A stretch of DNA of 64,000 nt from a virus (IMGVR_UViG_3300028840_000472); one strand, 5' to 3'; shown: positions 17,243 through 26,182, counted from the stretch's first letter. The notes: generated from the letters alone by a model not told the origin. Translations and numbers: made by a program.

Positions 17243-17680
17243 TTAACGCTTCTTTAGTGCGCGCGGTGTCACGTTACCCGGTGCACAGAAGTCCAGTCCG
17301 TAGTCCCGTGCCGTCCTGACAAGTGCCGCATCTTCCGCGACTTTGGCCCAGTGCAGCAGGTCAATGTAGACCCGGACAAACTCCCGGCCATGTCCTGCGC
17401 TGCCCTTGAAGTAGACACCGTTCACGATAGCGTGTGCCATTTCGTGACAGACTACAGGGACCGACCGCGCCCATCTTGGAAAGACGACCTTGTGGCTATG
17501 GTCATAGAACGCGCGTCGCGCTCCCTGTCCGTGACCGACGTCCGGTGTAATGATTCCGTAACGTTTCGAAATCTTTTTCACCAGCGTCTTGACAGATCGC
17601 ATTTCGATGGTCGGGTAGTCGTAAATGCACAGCGTGTGGTTTTCCCATGTGTACACTTTCTTGCGTTGCGTGTCTCGCAT
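17243..17680 (-). CDS. SprT-like zinc metallopeptidase (HExxH)
   Basis: HEMAHAIVNGVYFKGSAGHGREF = HExxH followed by a GHG..F spacing typical of the SprT/Wss1-like fold; 145 aa. Confidence 0.5.
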   Translation of the reverse strand: MRDTQRKKVYTWENHTLCIYDYPTIEMRSVKTLVKKISKRYGIITPDVGHGQGARRAFYDHSHKVVFPRWARSVPVVCHEMAHAIVNGVYFKGSAGHGREFVRVYIDLLHWAKVAEDAALVRTARDYGLDFCAPGNVTPRALKKR

Positions 17681-17943
17681 CTTCGTGTCCTCTAGCTGTT
17701 AATGAACTGCAGCGTCATTGATACGCTACAATTACATTATAACAAACGCACTTTTGCGAAATCGCACGAAACCCCTATTTTTATAGCATTTCGTGATCTA
17801 AGCCGTTGACTTATAAGACGCGAAAAAACACTTGACACCTATTTTTATAGGACGAAATGCACGTCTACGCCGTCAATTTGATCATAGCGTAAACAGAAAT
17901 TGCATATAAAACAACGACCAAAAAAATTAAAAAAATTATTTTT
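17681..17943. promoter_or_regulatory. AT-rich intergenic control region with two CCTATTTTTATAG palindromic boxes and an extended -10 promoter
   Basis: Two CCTATTTTTATAG copies about 50 bp apart. Each is adjacent to GCATTTCGTG or its complement, so the pair forms a dyad (cacgaaa...tttcgtg). The minus strand carries TGTTATAAT, a TGnTATAAT extended -10. This is the longest AT-rich gap in the early operon. Confidence 0.45.
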
Positions 17944-18267
17944 CTACTCTTCATGATGTTCCTTCACGAAGTCCTTTACCAGCCACTTCGCGAACGCTTC
18001 GGCGAGTACGTCACTGCTTATCGTGCCGACCTTCATGTTCGCGTCGCCCGTCGCGTTAACGTTAATTACAAGCACCGACAGGTCGCGCATAACGACGACA
18101 ACGTTCGCGCCCCACTCGCCGACTTCCTGCGACTTGATCAACGCGTTTTCGTCGTCGTGTATCTGGTGCATGATTTCGCCCATTGCATGTTCGATCGGAT
18201 GTTCGTCATTGTCATCCGGTAGCACGGCGATCATGTTTCGATATTTATTCGCTAGTTCCAGTGTCAT
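17944..18267 (-). CDS. Hypothetical acidic protein (107 aa)
   Basis: ORF track. Confidence 0.45.
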   Translation of the reverse strand: MTLELANKYRNMIAVLPDDNDEHPIEHAMGEIMHQIHDDENALIKSQEVGEWGANVVVVMRDLSVLVINVNATGDANMKVGTISSDVLAEAFAKWLVKDFVKEHHEE

Positions 18268-18304
18268 GTTTGCATCCCCTGTTCAGTTGTAACGCGACAA
18301 GTTT

Positions 18305-18826
18305 TTACGCGTTAGCTTTTTCATCGCGCATCCCCTGCATGTACTCTCCGCCCTTTGCGTCGATGATACGCGACACAACCGCGTGTGACACTTGGCAATT
18401 GCGCGAGATCTGACCGATCGACATATCTGTGCGGTAGTAGTAGAACAGCACGCGGTCTTCGAGTTCTGGCCGCGTCTGGAAGCGCCCTGTCGTTTGTCGC
18501 CTGCCGGCAGTGCGTCGGGATCCGGTTCCGTAAAACGGCACCCTGCGGACCTGACAGACGAACACAGCGACGTCGTCCGGGTCGGTGATACATGTCGTAG
18601 ATTGCGACACGCGATAATAGTTTTCACCGGGTCGCCGGATGCCGTCCTTCACCGGATCGTGAATTTTGTCGCGCATGGAATTTAACGTCGCCGCCTTTGC
18701 GTTCAGCAGCAGTTCGCGCGCGGCAGTCGCCGCGCCCATGGTCGGATAGCATTCGTGCGGGTAGTGTTCTTCACCGACGTCGTCTGTCGCATCCTTCGAC
18801 ACGTACAGCATGAAAACTTCCTTCAT
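18305..18826 (-). CDS. DNA-binding protein with C-terminal HTH (about 173 aa)
   Basis: ATGA overlap with the upstream stop; GGTGGA RBS; C-terminal RTDMSIGQISRNCQVSHAVVSRII HTH. Confidence 0.4.
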   Translation of the reverse strand: MKEVFMLYVSKDATDDVGEEHYPHECYPTMGAATAARELLLNAKAATLNSMRDKIHDPVKDGIRRPGENYYRVSQSTTCITDPDDVAVFVCQVRRVPFYGTGSRRTAGRRQTTGRFQTRPELEDRVLFYYYRTDMSIGQISRNCQVSHAVVSRIIDAKGGEYMQGMRDEKANA

Positions 18827-19740
18827 TCGTCCACCTTGTAGTCTGATTTGATAATCCCGTTTTCCCGCGCACCGACGATACACGGATGCACGTACACGTC
18901 GCGCTGCTTGTCCGTGCCGCGATGCAGCCGGCGGTAGTGCCCGCGCCGCACGTGCATCGCCGGCGATGCGTGTGTCCCTATGTGTTCGATGTAGCGCTTG
19001 TCGTTATGCTGTGGCAGCTTGATCGTATGGTACTGTTCCAGCGCGATGCCTTTCTTCTTCGCGCGCATCTGCTTCAGTCGCGACGGCGTCACCAGTTCAA
19101 TGTCGACGTTTATCGCGTTAATCAGCGTCAGTATGTCCATTAATATTGTCGCGCCGCTATCGCACATGTTTAATGCTTCGTCTTTGAAGTCCGGCTTGAT
19201 GTCAAAACCGCCGGCAAACGAAATCAAGCGACGTTCTTCAAGGCCGCTGTCATCGACAATTGTATCGATTCCCCATTTCAATATCCCCGCAGTCATGAAC
19301 GGCACGAACAGCGGCTGATCATTCCAGCGCAGGTACGGGATCATCATCGTATATTCGTTGTCTTCGTCTTCGATGCAATGCAGCGCGCAGGTTGCGACCT
19401 GTGCGTGCACAGTATCCCCGTCGCTTATGTCAATATCGTAGAAGAACACACAATCTGGAAACGGCAAACGCTGCAGCGGAAGATTTTTCTGCGGGTCATA
19501 GCCGTGACTGTCCGGCACGTTATACAGATCGACGATAAACATCTTCGCCCGCAGTGATCGTTCGCCCATGGTTTGCGCCCAGTGATGCGCCACAGGTTCG
19601 TCTGTAATTTCGAAATAGTCGCCGACTTCATTTGTCGACTGCCGCGTCGCGTGCAATAGGTTCATGTACTCCCCCGGCATTTCACGGAATGCCGTCATCG
19701 TACGACGGAACATGTCGATCTCTTTCGCGGTTGTGTGCAC
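18823..19740 (-). CDS. Hypothetical protein (305 aa)
   Basis: ORF track. Confidence 0.5.
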   Translation of the reverse strand: MHTTAKEIDMFRRTMTAFREMPGEYMNLLHATRQSTNEVGDYFEITDEPVAHHWAQTMGERSLRAKMFIVDLYNVPDSHGYDPQKNLPLQRLPFPDCVFFYDIDISDGDTVHAQVATCALHCIEDEDNEYTMMIPYLRWNDQPLFVPFMTAGILKWGIDTIVDDSGLEERRLISFAGGFDIKPDFKDEALNMCDSGATILMDILTLINAINVDIELVTPSRLKQMRAKKKGIALEQYHTIKLPQHNDKRYIEHIGTHASPAMHVRRGHYRRLHRGTDKQRDVYVHPCIVGARENGIIKSDYKVDE

Positions 19741-19743
19741 GTA

Positions 19744-20169
19744 CTATCCCCCGTAGATTGTCTGCTTTTTGTCCAGCTTGCGCAGTGCCTGCGCGACGCG
19801 TTCCAGTTCGACAGATGTCTGCCCCTTGTACACGCGCAGCTTGTCGATGAACGTCTGCGCCAGCACTTCGCGCGCTGTCGCGTTAAACTTGGCGCGTTCC
19901 AGCCACGCGTCGAAATCTTCCCCGGCTTCCGGCACCGCCGCGCGCAGCGCTTCGGCCTGCTCCACGGTCGCGCCGTTGTCGATCATGTCCTGCAGGGTCA
20001 GATCCCCATCGCGCACCGCATAGCGTAGCAATGCCACTATACACGCCCTGTCGTCGTCCCTGAAGGCGTCAGCGACGCGCATGACGTGGAACATATAGGG
20101 AAGCCCGTCCGCAGTCGTCTGCGTCGCATAGACCCTGTGAGCGATCCCCAGTGCGGTTTCAATGTTCAT
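19744..20169 (-). CDS. Hypothetical protein (141 aa)
   Basis: ORF track. Confidence 0.45.
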   Translation of the reverse strand: MNIETALGIAHRVYATQTTADGLPYMFHVMRVADAFRDDDRACIVALLRYAVRDGDLTLQDMIDNGATVEQAEALRAAVPEAGEDFDAWLERAKFNATAREVLAQTFIDKLRVYKGQTSVELERVAQALRKLDKKQTIYGG

Positions 20170-20381
20170 ACGATCCCCCTAGACATTGCGACGGCGTTCG
20201 GGTAGCCGTACTGGTTGAAGCTGAACGTGTGCCGCTTCGGCAGCAGCGTCTGCAGATCGCGCACGCAGCGCGCCCTGTAGCGCGTGTTGTCGTCCACGTG
20301 CACGCCCTTCGCGATGCACCTGTCGCAGAAGCGGATGTCGGCGATCAGATCGCGGATAAAGTCGTTCCGTTGTCTGTTCAT
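20166..20381 (-). CDS. Small hypothetical protein (71 aa, FCDRC motif)
   Basis: C-terminal portion of track ORF 20166..20600, starting at the internal ATG 5 nt after the upstream stop. Confidence 0.3.
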   Translation of the reverse strand: MNRQRNDFIRDLIADIRFCDRCIAKGVHVDDNTRYRARCVRDLQTLLPKRHTFSFNQYGYPNAVAMSRGIV

Positions 20382-20386
20382 GATTG

Positions 20387-20653
20387 TTATGCCCCTTGAA
20401 GAATTTCTTCGGCCCATTGCTTCGCCTGCTTGCAGGATCCTGCGCCTTCCAGAACGCGGTAGCGACCGTTCTGGTCCTTGGTCGACCGATCGATCAGCAC
20501 CCAGTGGAAGCCGGCCCTGTCGTAGCCATTGCCGCGCTCGTAGCGCTTTGTGATGTAGAAGCGCTTGTCGGCGCTTTCGTAGTTGCGATGCCGGTAGCAC
20601 TTCTTCCAGCTAGGACCGCAGCTGTCGTGGCTTTCAATGTGCCATTTGATCAT
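20387..20653 (-). CDS. Hypothetical protein (88 aa)
   Basis: The ATG at 20651-20653 is preceded by GAGGACACGACA and promoter copy 2. Confidence 0.5.
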   Translation of the reverse strand: MIKWHIESHDSCGPSWKKCYRHRNYESADKRFYITKRYERGNGYDRAGFHWVLIDRSTKDQNGRYRVLEGAGSCKQAKQWAEEILQGA

Positions 20654-20705
20654 TGTCGTGTCCTCGGTGTGTTCGTTCAGTGTGGTTACAGTATGCAGGG
20701 GGCTG

Positions 20706-20718
20706 GCATAAATGTCAA
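20706..20718 (-). promoter_or_regulatory. Conserved early promoter TTGACATTTATGC (copy 2), -10 CATACT
   Basis: 13-mer plus 65-nt conserved leader. Confidence 0.6.
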
Positions 20719-20735
20719 CCCCCTGCGACACATTT

Positions 20736-21062
20736 TTACCGCATGTAGGCGATGGTGTAGACGCCAGCGCAGGAAAGTCCGTGATCCGCTGCGAAGACGT
20801 TGCCGCGTGCGTGCTTCGCCGGTGCCTTCCAGCTGGCCGGCTTGTAGATGTCGCCGGTCACTTTGTCGATGAAGGCGTAGACGTAGCAGCTGCCCGGTCC
20901 CTTCTTGATGACTTTCATGTACTTGCGACCGATTTCGGCGTCGATTTCCTCGCGAAGCTCGACGGGGAAGTTGTTCTTCTCATAGTCGGCTTCGATCATT
21001 TCCTTGACGCCAGCGATGAAGGCGTTGTAAGCGATGACGAATTCGTAGTTCATTGGTTTCAT
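20736..21062 (-). CDS. Hypothetical protein (108 aa)
   Basis: ORF track; conserved leader directly upstream. Confidence 0.5.
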   Translation of the reverse strand: MKPMNYEFVIAYNAFIAGVKEMIEADYEKNNFPVELREEIDAEIGRKYMKVIKKGPGSCYVYAFIDKVTGDIYKPASWKAPAKHARGNVFAADHGLSCAGVYTIAYMR

Positions 21063-21117
21063 TGTCGTGTCCTCAGTGGTGTGTTCGTTCAGTGTGATTA
21101 CAGATTAACCCCGCCCC

Positions 21118-21130
21118 GCATAAATGTCAA
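21118..21130 (-). promoter_or_regulatory. Conserved early promoter TTGACATTTATGC (copy 3), -10 TAATCT
   Basis: 13-mer plus 68-nt conserved leader. Confidence 0.6.
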
Positions 21131-21306
21131 CCCCTTTAGAAAATTTTTTTCGCGATGGTGAAGCTGTGACCGTAGGCATGGCAGCTGTAGACTTCCTTGC
21201 CGTCGGCCTCGACGATGACGAGCGCGTCGCGGGTAAGTTCCGTGCGGACCACAAAAGTGATGATAAGCGGAAGGCAGCTGGCGATTGCGATTATGGCGTT
21301 GATCAT
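21126..21306 (-). CDS. Small membrane protein (about 60 aa)
   Basis: ATG preceded by the GAGGACACGACC leader; hydrophobic N-terminus MINAIIAIASCLPLIITFVV. Coordinates approximate. Confidence 0.3.
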
Positions 21307-21360
21307 GGTCGTGTCCTCTATGTCGTGGTGTCTTGCTTAATTTCTATAATACGCTTATCG

Positions 21361-21373
21361 GCATAAATGTCAA
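21361..21373 (-). promoter_or_regulatory. Conserved early promoter TTGACATTTATGC (copy 4), -10 ATTATA
   Basis: 13-mer plus 67-nt leader. Confidence 0.55.
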
Positions 21374-21380
21374 CACCTTT

Positions 21381-21412
21381 AGAAAAAAATTTACCGGTGT
21401 TTTTTGCACCGG
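21381..21412 (-). terminator. Rho-independent terminator (hairpin CCGGTG-caaaaaa-CACCGG plus U-run)
   Basis: Perfect 6-bp stem followed on the minus strand by TAAATTTTTTTCT, directly after the stop at 21391. Confidence 0.5.
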
Positions 21413-21507
21413 TGCAGGTAGCCGAAGACCGTCTTCACGCACCCGCACCAGTACAGGTTCCCATAGCCGAACGGATCCCCGCAGAAGACCACCCGGCGAA
21501 CCTTCAT
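21391..21507 (-). CDS. Micro-ORF (38 aa, Cys-rich), translationally coupled
   Basis: ATGA overlap with the upstream stop; terminator directly downstream. Confidence 0.25.
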   Translation of the reverse strand: MKVRRVVFCGDPFGYGNLYWCGCVKTVFGYLHRCKKHR

Positions 21508-21788
21508 AGCTCGAAGCTGCCGTCGTAGCACTCGACCTTCCCTGCGGCGTTCTCCCGCAGTTTCCGCACCAGTTCGACGTCTATGTCGGACTGATCCTGT
21601 ATCGCCTTCACAAGCTCCCCCAGACGCCCCAGCGCCAGATCTGCGTCCCTTGCTTTCGTCTGGTACGACACCGACGCCGTAACGCCCGCCATGAACGACC
21701 CGCGTTCCGCTTCCATCAGGTCGTCCGCCGGCACATCCGGGAACGCCTTCGCGCGGAAGTCCTGCCACATCTGTTCGAGTATCGTCAT
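21504..21788 (-). CDS. Hypothetical protein (94 aa)
   Basis: ORF track. Confidence 0.45.
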   Translation of the reverse strand: MTILEQMWQDFRAKAFPDVPADDLMEAERGSFMAGVTASVSYQTKARDADLALGRLGELVKAIQDQSDIDVELVRKLRENAAGKVECYDGSFEL

Positions 21789-22171
21789 TTCTTCACCCTG
21801 TGGTTATACGGTAGATATTCCTCGACGTAGACCGCGTGCGCGTCTTTTATGAAGCCGTTGTCGGCTGTCAGGCAAAAACCCAGCGCGATTAGAGAATCAT
21901 ACAACCCGCTGCAGGTTTCGCAAAGTCTTTCGCAGCCGTCGATCACTTCGACTTCTTCTTCGTCCGTGTACCAGTCGTCCGGGTCGTCGCCATCCTTGAC
22001 CAGTTCTTCTTCCGTTTCCATGTGGTACTTCCACAGCCGCCGCACGCGTTCGCCTGCCGGCTTGTGCTCGCTGCAGCCGTAGCACCGAAAGTCGGTCATT
22101 GCGACACGTTCCGGTTCTTCGACCTGAAAAAACCAGTCATAGTCGTCGTCGCAGTAGCATGAAATCCCCAT
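21785..22171 (-). CDS. Cys-rich acidic protein (about 128 aa)
   Basis: TGATG overlap with the upstream stop; AAGGGG RBS; several CxxC pairs. Confidence 0.4.
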   Translation of the reverse strand: MGISCYCDDDYDWFFQVEEPERVAMTDFRCYGCSEHKPAGERVRRLWKYHMETEEELVKDGDDPDDWYTDEEEVEVIDGCERLCETCSGLYDSLIALGFCLTADNGFIKDAHAVYVEEYLPYNHRVKK

Positions 22172-22509
22172 CACTCGCCCCTTATTCGCGGCACGCACTT
22201 ATCGCGACGAATTCGCGTCAGTCGCACACGCGCGCATAGATTGTTCTGCGTATCCGAACTGCGGATCATCACAGCCTTCGCGCTGTTGTACGCGATAGAA
22301 TATTCACGGTACGGCAACATGCACGCCGCCCCGGTTGCAGCCGATACAAAATCCATCGCGTAGTGAATCGCATCGACGCGATAACGAAACAGCTGCACAT
22401 CGTCGAACGCGTTTGTCGTAACTGCGTGCACGTAATGCAGGACGCGTTCTTCTTCCAGATCTTCTTCGTCGTCGATCGTGGATACGAATTCGAACTGTGT
22501 CCCTGTCAT
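22171..22509 (-). CDS. Hypothetical protein (about 112 aa)
   Basis: ATGA overlap coupling. Confidence 0.4.
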   Translation of the reverse strand: MTGTQFEFVSTIDDEEDLEEERVLHYVHAVTTNAFDDVQLFRYRVDAIHYAMDFVSAATGAACMLPYREYSIAYNSAKAVMIRSSDTQNNLCARVRLTRIRRDKCVPRIRGE

Positions 22510-22994
22510 GCCCCTGCCCCCGGAAACAGCGGATCGTGATCGACCCTGCGCCCCAGCTGGTTGTCGCGTTTCAGTCGCCACGCGTCCGGCCCGACCTTGA
22601 CGTAGATGCCCAGCTTGACGCCGACGTCCATCGCGCGACGGATCGCGTCCCCTGTAACGTATGACGTTACAGCTTCGCGCAGCTGTTCGTACTTCACGCG
22701 TTCATAACCCAGACGCGCGGCACGTTGCAGAACATAGACGCCCACGGCAGAAAGCATCGCGCGGTCCTGCATGTCGCAATCGGCGGACATTTCAAGCGCC
22801 ATCGCGTCGGTGTCAGGCAGCGCCCCGGTAAAGATCACAGCGCCATGATCGAAGATCCATTCGCATACGTCGCGAAACGTTGACGACCGCCGGCTGAACT
22901 TGTGTTCGAACGCTAACTTCCCGGAGTACACGCGGACGATCCAGTAGCGCCTGTTCGACGTGATGATTTCATAGCCGTGTTCTTTACTCTTCAT
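22506..22994 (-). CDS. Hypothetical protein (about 162 aa)
   Basis: Internal ATG chosen to limit overlap with the upstream gene. Confidence 0.4.
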   Translation of the reverse strand: MKSKEHGYEIITSNRRYWIVRVYSGKLAFEHKFSRRSSTFRDVCEWIFDHGAVIFTGALPDTDAMALEMSADCDMQDRAMLSAVGVYVLQRAARLGYERVKYEQLREAVTSYVTGDAIRRAMDVGVKLGIYVKVGPDAWRLKRDNQLGRRVDHDPLFPGAGA

Positions 22995-23265
22995 CGTTGC
23001 CGAATAGTTCGTAGTGCGACGGCACAAGCCCCCAGTGTGAGTAGTCGCCGATGTACATCATGCAGCGCCTGCCGGCCAGCGTCAGCCCGTCTTCGTCCGT
23101 GATGTACTGCAGCTGCGTTGTTAGCCATGGCGTCGAAACGTCTGCCAGATGATTGTAGAAGCGCGCCTGCTCGCTCGAATCATACGCGGCGAAGATCTCC
23201 GCTAACTGTTCCGGCGTTATTGACGCGATAGTTTTCTTCAGCTGTTCCAGTAGTTCGTCACTCAT
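22984..23265 (-). CDS. Hypothetical protein (93 aa)
   Basis: ORF track. Confidence 0.4.
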   Translation of the reverse strand: MSDELLEQLKKTIASITPEQLAEIFAAYDSSEQARFYNHLADVSTPWLTTQLQYITDEDGLTLAGRRCMMYIGDYSHWGLVPSHYELFGNDEE

Positions 23266-23603
23266 GTCGCGAAGTCCTCACGCGGACAAAACCAGTCATC
23301 CTTGATGATGTGCCCGATCGCTTCGATGTGCCCGTGCCCGCCGGTAACGCGTACCGTCTTGCCGGGTAAGTCGTCCCATCTTTCGACGCCTGCGATCTCT
23401 AACACGCGCCAGATAAAGTGCCCGCAGTACGCGCCGCCGCGCGCCAGTTCTTCCGGCGTTCGCTTCGGGTTGTACAGGTTATGCCCGCCGAAACCCTGAC
23501 CGCTGCCGCCGTAGTCAAGATCCAGCCACACAGTAAGGCACCCGTGATCTTCTTTCGTCAGGCGCGCTGATTTTATTATCGCGTTGCGTGTTTCTATTGT
23601 CAT
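23262..23603 (-). CDS. Hypothetical protein (113 aa)
   Basis: ORF track. Confidence 0.4.
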   Translation of the reverse strand: MTIETRNAIIKSARLTKEDHGCLTVWLDLDYGGSGQGFGGHNLYNPKRTPEELARGGAYCGHFIWRVLEIAGVERWDDLPGKTVRVTGGHGHIEAIGHIIKDDWFCPREDFAT

Positions 23604-23902
23604 ATTAAATTCACACTCCCTTCTTCCGGGTACTCTTCCAGCCAGCAGTACACGGTGCCGTCTTCCCTGCGTTCGATTGCCACGTCGGTGTCGCGTTCCT
23701 GCTGCGGTTCGTCTTCGTTTGCGACATAGTCCAGCGCCTGTCGCAGCTGTGCCGCTGTCAGGTACATGCGCAGGTTGCCTTCTTCACGATGGCGCTGTGC
23801 TTCAAGATGCGCCTGCAGGTTTTTCATATCCGTCTGTAGTCGCTTGATGCACTCAATCATAGCGATGCGGTTGCGCTCGTCTTTTTGATCTTCGATACTC
23901 AT
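23600..23902 (-). CDS. Hypothetical coiled-coil protein (100 aa)
   Basis: ORF track. Confidence 0.4.
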   Translation of the reverse strand: MSIEDQKDERNRIAMIECIKRLQTDMKNLQAHLEAQRHREEGNLRMYLTAAQLRQALDYVANEDEPQQERDTDVAIERREDGTVYCWLEEYPEEGSVNLI

Positions 23903-24249
23903 TGGCCTCGGTCCTTTTCAAGTTGTTCGTTGCGCGCGTAGCACGGGTTGCCGTTTTCCAGTCGCAGGAAATACACCGGTCCCTTGCCGTCGTCTTCGTC
24001 CGGTCCGCTAATGTCGCAAATAACGCCACGCACTACGCCGTTGTAAATAACGCGCGACATGACAGGGAACAGCGCGATCGCGTCCCAGTATTTATCGCGT
24101 CCGTATGCGATCGCGGTTAACGCGTCGTGCATACACGTGTACCCCGGCATCCGGTTCCACAGCATTTGCACGAAGCCCCGTTCGGCGTCCGTTAGTTCGC
24201 CGGCCCAGTTCGGCATCTTCAACAGTTCGCGCGCGCGTTCAGTGTTCAT
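23899..24249 (-). CDS. Hypothetical protein (116 aa)
   Basis: ORF track. Confidence 0.4.
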   Translation of the reverse strand: MNTERARELLKMPNWAGELTDAERGFVQMLWNRMPGYTCMHDALTAIAYGRDKYWDAIALFPVMSRVIYNGVVRGVICDISGPDEDDGKGPVYFLRLENGNPCYARNEQLEKDRGQ

Positions 24250-24487
24250 CGTATTCGCTTTCCTTCTGCTGCATGATCAAGTCTTCGATCTTCTCGACGT
24301 CGTCTTCGATCAACGTCCACACGTCGACGTCTGCGACGCGTACGTCGCTGATCTCTATCGTTGCCGGTTCATCCGGTTCAAGCGGTACGCCGAATCTGTC
24401 GCGTGCGCCATGCGTCCCCGGATGGTACGTGTATTCGACAGTCATCGGCACGCCCTGAAATTCCAGTTCTGTTATTTCTGTTTGCAT
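24239..24487 (-). CDS. Hypothetical acidic protein (about 82 aa)
   Basis: Internal ATG of track ORF 24239..24667. Confidence 0.35.
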   Translation of the reverse strand: MQTEITELEFQGVPMTVEYTYHPGTHGARDRFGVPLEPDEPATIEISDVRVADVDVWTLIEDDVEKIEDLIMQQKESEYDEH

Positions 24488-24753
24488 TTCGATGTCTCGC
24501 TGTTGAGCATCGCGCGCCAGTCGCCGCACGCGATAGATTTTTCGTCCAGTGTGAACAGGTCGATGTGTTCCATCACGATCGTGCGCGGTTCCGTTCGCAT
24601 TCCATGTCGCAACGCATGGGACAACGCTTCGTCGTTCTTCAGCAGGTAGGCGGCAAGAACCGCCCACGCTGCCGAATCAATGCCGGTCGCCAGATGCACT
24701 TCGTCGAAGTGTATGCGTTCGCCGGTCGCCAGATTTTCCGCGCGTATGGTCAC
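24472..24753 (-). CDS. Hypothetical protein (GTG start, about 93 aa)
   Basis: GTGA overlap with the stop of 24750..24959. Confidence 0.3.
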   Translation of the reverse strand: MTIRAENLATGERIHFDEVHLATGIDSAAWAVLAAYLLKNDEALSHALRHGMRTEPRTIVMEHIDLFTLDEKSIACGDWRAMLNSETSKCKQK

Positions 24754-24959
24754 GGCTTTTTCCCCATGAATGACAGCGCTTCGTAGAAGTCGCAGACGGC
24801 GACCCTGAATTCCATCGTCCGCACGTATTGCGTCGACGAGTATGCCCAGCGGATCGCCTTCGCTGCGCACAGGCTGACGCGGTCACGTCCCATGTACGGG
24901 TCGGCTTCGAACAATGCCTGCGCGACAAGCCTGACGTATGTCTTATTGACGCGCGCCAT
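24750..24959 (-). CDS. Hypothetical basic protein (69 aa)
   Basis: TAATG overlap coupling with the upstream gene. Confidence 0.35.
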   Translation of the reverse strand: MARVNKTYVRLVAQALFEADPYMGRDRVSLCAAKAIRWAYSSTQYVRTMEFRVAVCDFYEALSFMGKKP

Positions 24960-25192
24960 TATATGTTCCCGATTAAATCACGCGCGTCTGAATACGTGCG
25001 GAAGTCGACGCGGTGAACGATAACCCTGTCGCCGCGCGTCGCTGCGCCGCGCCACAAGATGATGTAGTACGCGTCGGCATCTACGCCGCCTTCGTGCGCG
25101 CCACTTTGTACAGCATCCCAGCCGGTGACGTGGTCGCTATTGAAGCCAAGATCATCGATAAACTGCAGAATTTCGCCGTTTGTTTCGTGCAT
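24959..25192 (-). CDS. Hypothetical protein (77 aa)
   Basis: ORF track; preceded by a GAGGACACGAAC-type leader. Confidence 0.4.
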   Translation of the reverse strand: MHETNGEILQFIDDLGFNSDHVTGWDAVQSGAHEGGVDADAYYIILWRGAATRGDRVIVHRVDFRTYSDARDLIGNI

Positions 25193-25206
25193 GTTCGTGT
25201 CCTCTA

Positions 25207-25503
25207 TTAGTCAGTGTAGCGGATGCGCTGCACGCGTACCGTGCGGCGGCTGCTTGTGTAATTGCCGAAAACGATCACGACGCTGTCGCTGACTTCTTCG
25301 GTGTTTTCCAGCGTGACCCCGTACTTCGTGGAAGTCTTGCCGTCGGACCGGCGGGCGTCGGCTTCCTTCAGAAGCTTGCGCAGATCGGCAGCATGGCGCG
25401 GCGTGATGTTGCCCTTGAAAGACCAGATCGTTTCGCCCTTGCGTTCTTCGACCTTCGCCCTGTCAAGGATCCATGCCAGCGCTTTGTTTTCCAGTACGTT
25501 CAT
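25207..25503 (-). CDS. Hypothetical protein (98 aa)
   Basis: ORF track; conserved leader upstream. Confidence 0.45.
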   Translation of the reverse strand: MNVLENKALAWILDRAKVEERKGETIWSFKGNITPRHAADLRKLLKEADARRSDGKTSTKYGVTLENTEEVSDSVVIVFGNYTSSRRTVRVQRIRYTD

Positions 25504-25522
25504 TGTCGTGTCCTCTATCCTT

Positions 25523-25540
25523 GCCGGCCCGAAGGCCGGC
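25523..25540 (-). other. Stable UUCG-tetraloop hairpin GCCGGCC-UUCG-GGCCGGC, 12 nt after a stop codon (copy 1 of 2)
   Basis: Perfect 7-bp GC stem with a C(UUCG)G loop on the minus-strand transcript; identical to 30329..30346. No U-tract follows. Confidence 0.5.
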
Positions 25541-25551
25541 GCTGTGGCTGC

Positions 25552-25794
25552 TTACTTGGCGATCGCCTTGGCAAGATGGTTGAAGAAGTGCATCACGTTG
25601 CCGTTCATGAAATCGATTTTGACGATCATGGTCTTGATCTGTGCCTGTTCGTGCTTCGGCGCGATCTTCATGTGCTCGACGACGACTTCGAGGGGGATCC
25701 AGTTCGTGCCGCTTGTGCCTTCGACCTCGAAGGTATAGTCGCGGTTCAAGCCTTTTTCGTCGATGAAGGTGTCGATGTAGGTGTTGAAGTTCAT
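25552..25794 (-). CDS. Hypothetical protein (80 aa)
   Basis: ORF track; promoter copy 5 and conserved leader. Confidence 0.5.
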   Translation of the reverse strand: MNFNTYIDTFIDEKGLNRDYTFEVEGTSGTNWIPLEVVVEHMKIAPKHEQAQIKTMIVKIDFMNGNVMHFFNHLAKAIAK

Positions 25795-25853
25795 TGTCGT
25801 GTCCTTTTGTCGTGGTGTTTGCTGCTTCAGTAACTACAGATTACGACTTGCCC

Positions 25854-25866
25854 GCATAAATGTCAA
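25854..25866 (-). promoter_or_regulatory. Conserved early promoter TTGACATTTATGC (copy 5), -10 TAATCT; a second TTGACTTTTATGC variant lies at about 25903-25915
   Basis: 13-mer plus 72-nt leader; the tandem variant is 49 nt upstream. Confidence 0.6.
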
Positions 25867-25915
25867 CCACTTTTTGCAGATTTTTTTATTATTTTTATTT
25901 CTGCATAAAAGTCAA

Positions 25916-26170
25916 TCAGTTAGCGATGCCGACACCCTTGCCTTCGGCGTGATTCCGGGCGTCCATTTCGCTGTCGAAGGTCGGAAACTTCATCGTGTAG
26001 GCGTTGCCCTGCGCATCGTGCCAGACGCGCCCGCCCATGATGTCGGAAGTCGTCGGCTGTGCCGGGTATCCCAGCGCTGCCGGCAGCGTGCCCACGAAGC
26101 CCCAGCGGCCTGACGGATGGCGGATAACGTGTACGCCCAGATCCCGTGATATAACGTCGTATGCGTTCAT
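25916..26170 (-). CDS. Hypothetical protein (84 aa)
   Basis: ORF track. Confidence 0.45.
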   Translation of the reverse strand: MNAYDVISRDLGVHVIRHPSGRWGFVGTLPAALGYPAQPTTSDIMGGRVWHDAQGNAYTMKFPTFDSEMDARNHAEGKGVGIAN

Positions 26171-26182
26171 AGTCGTGTCCCC

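Noticed and set aside
25523-25540. Intrinsic terminator call for the GCCGGCC-UUCG-GGCCGGC hairpins
   Set aside because: No U-tract follows on the transcribed strand. They are annotated as stable hairpins or processing elements instead.
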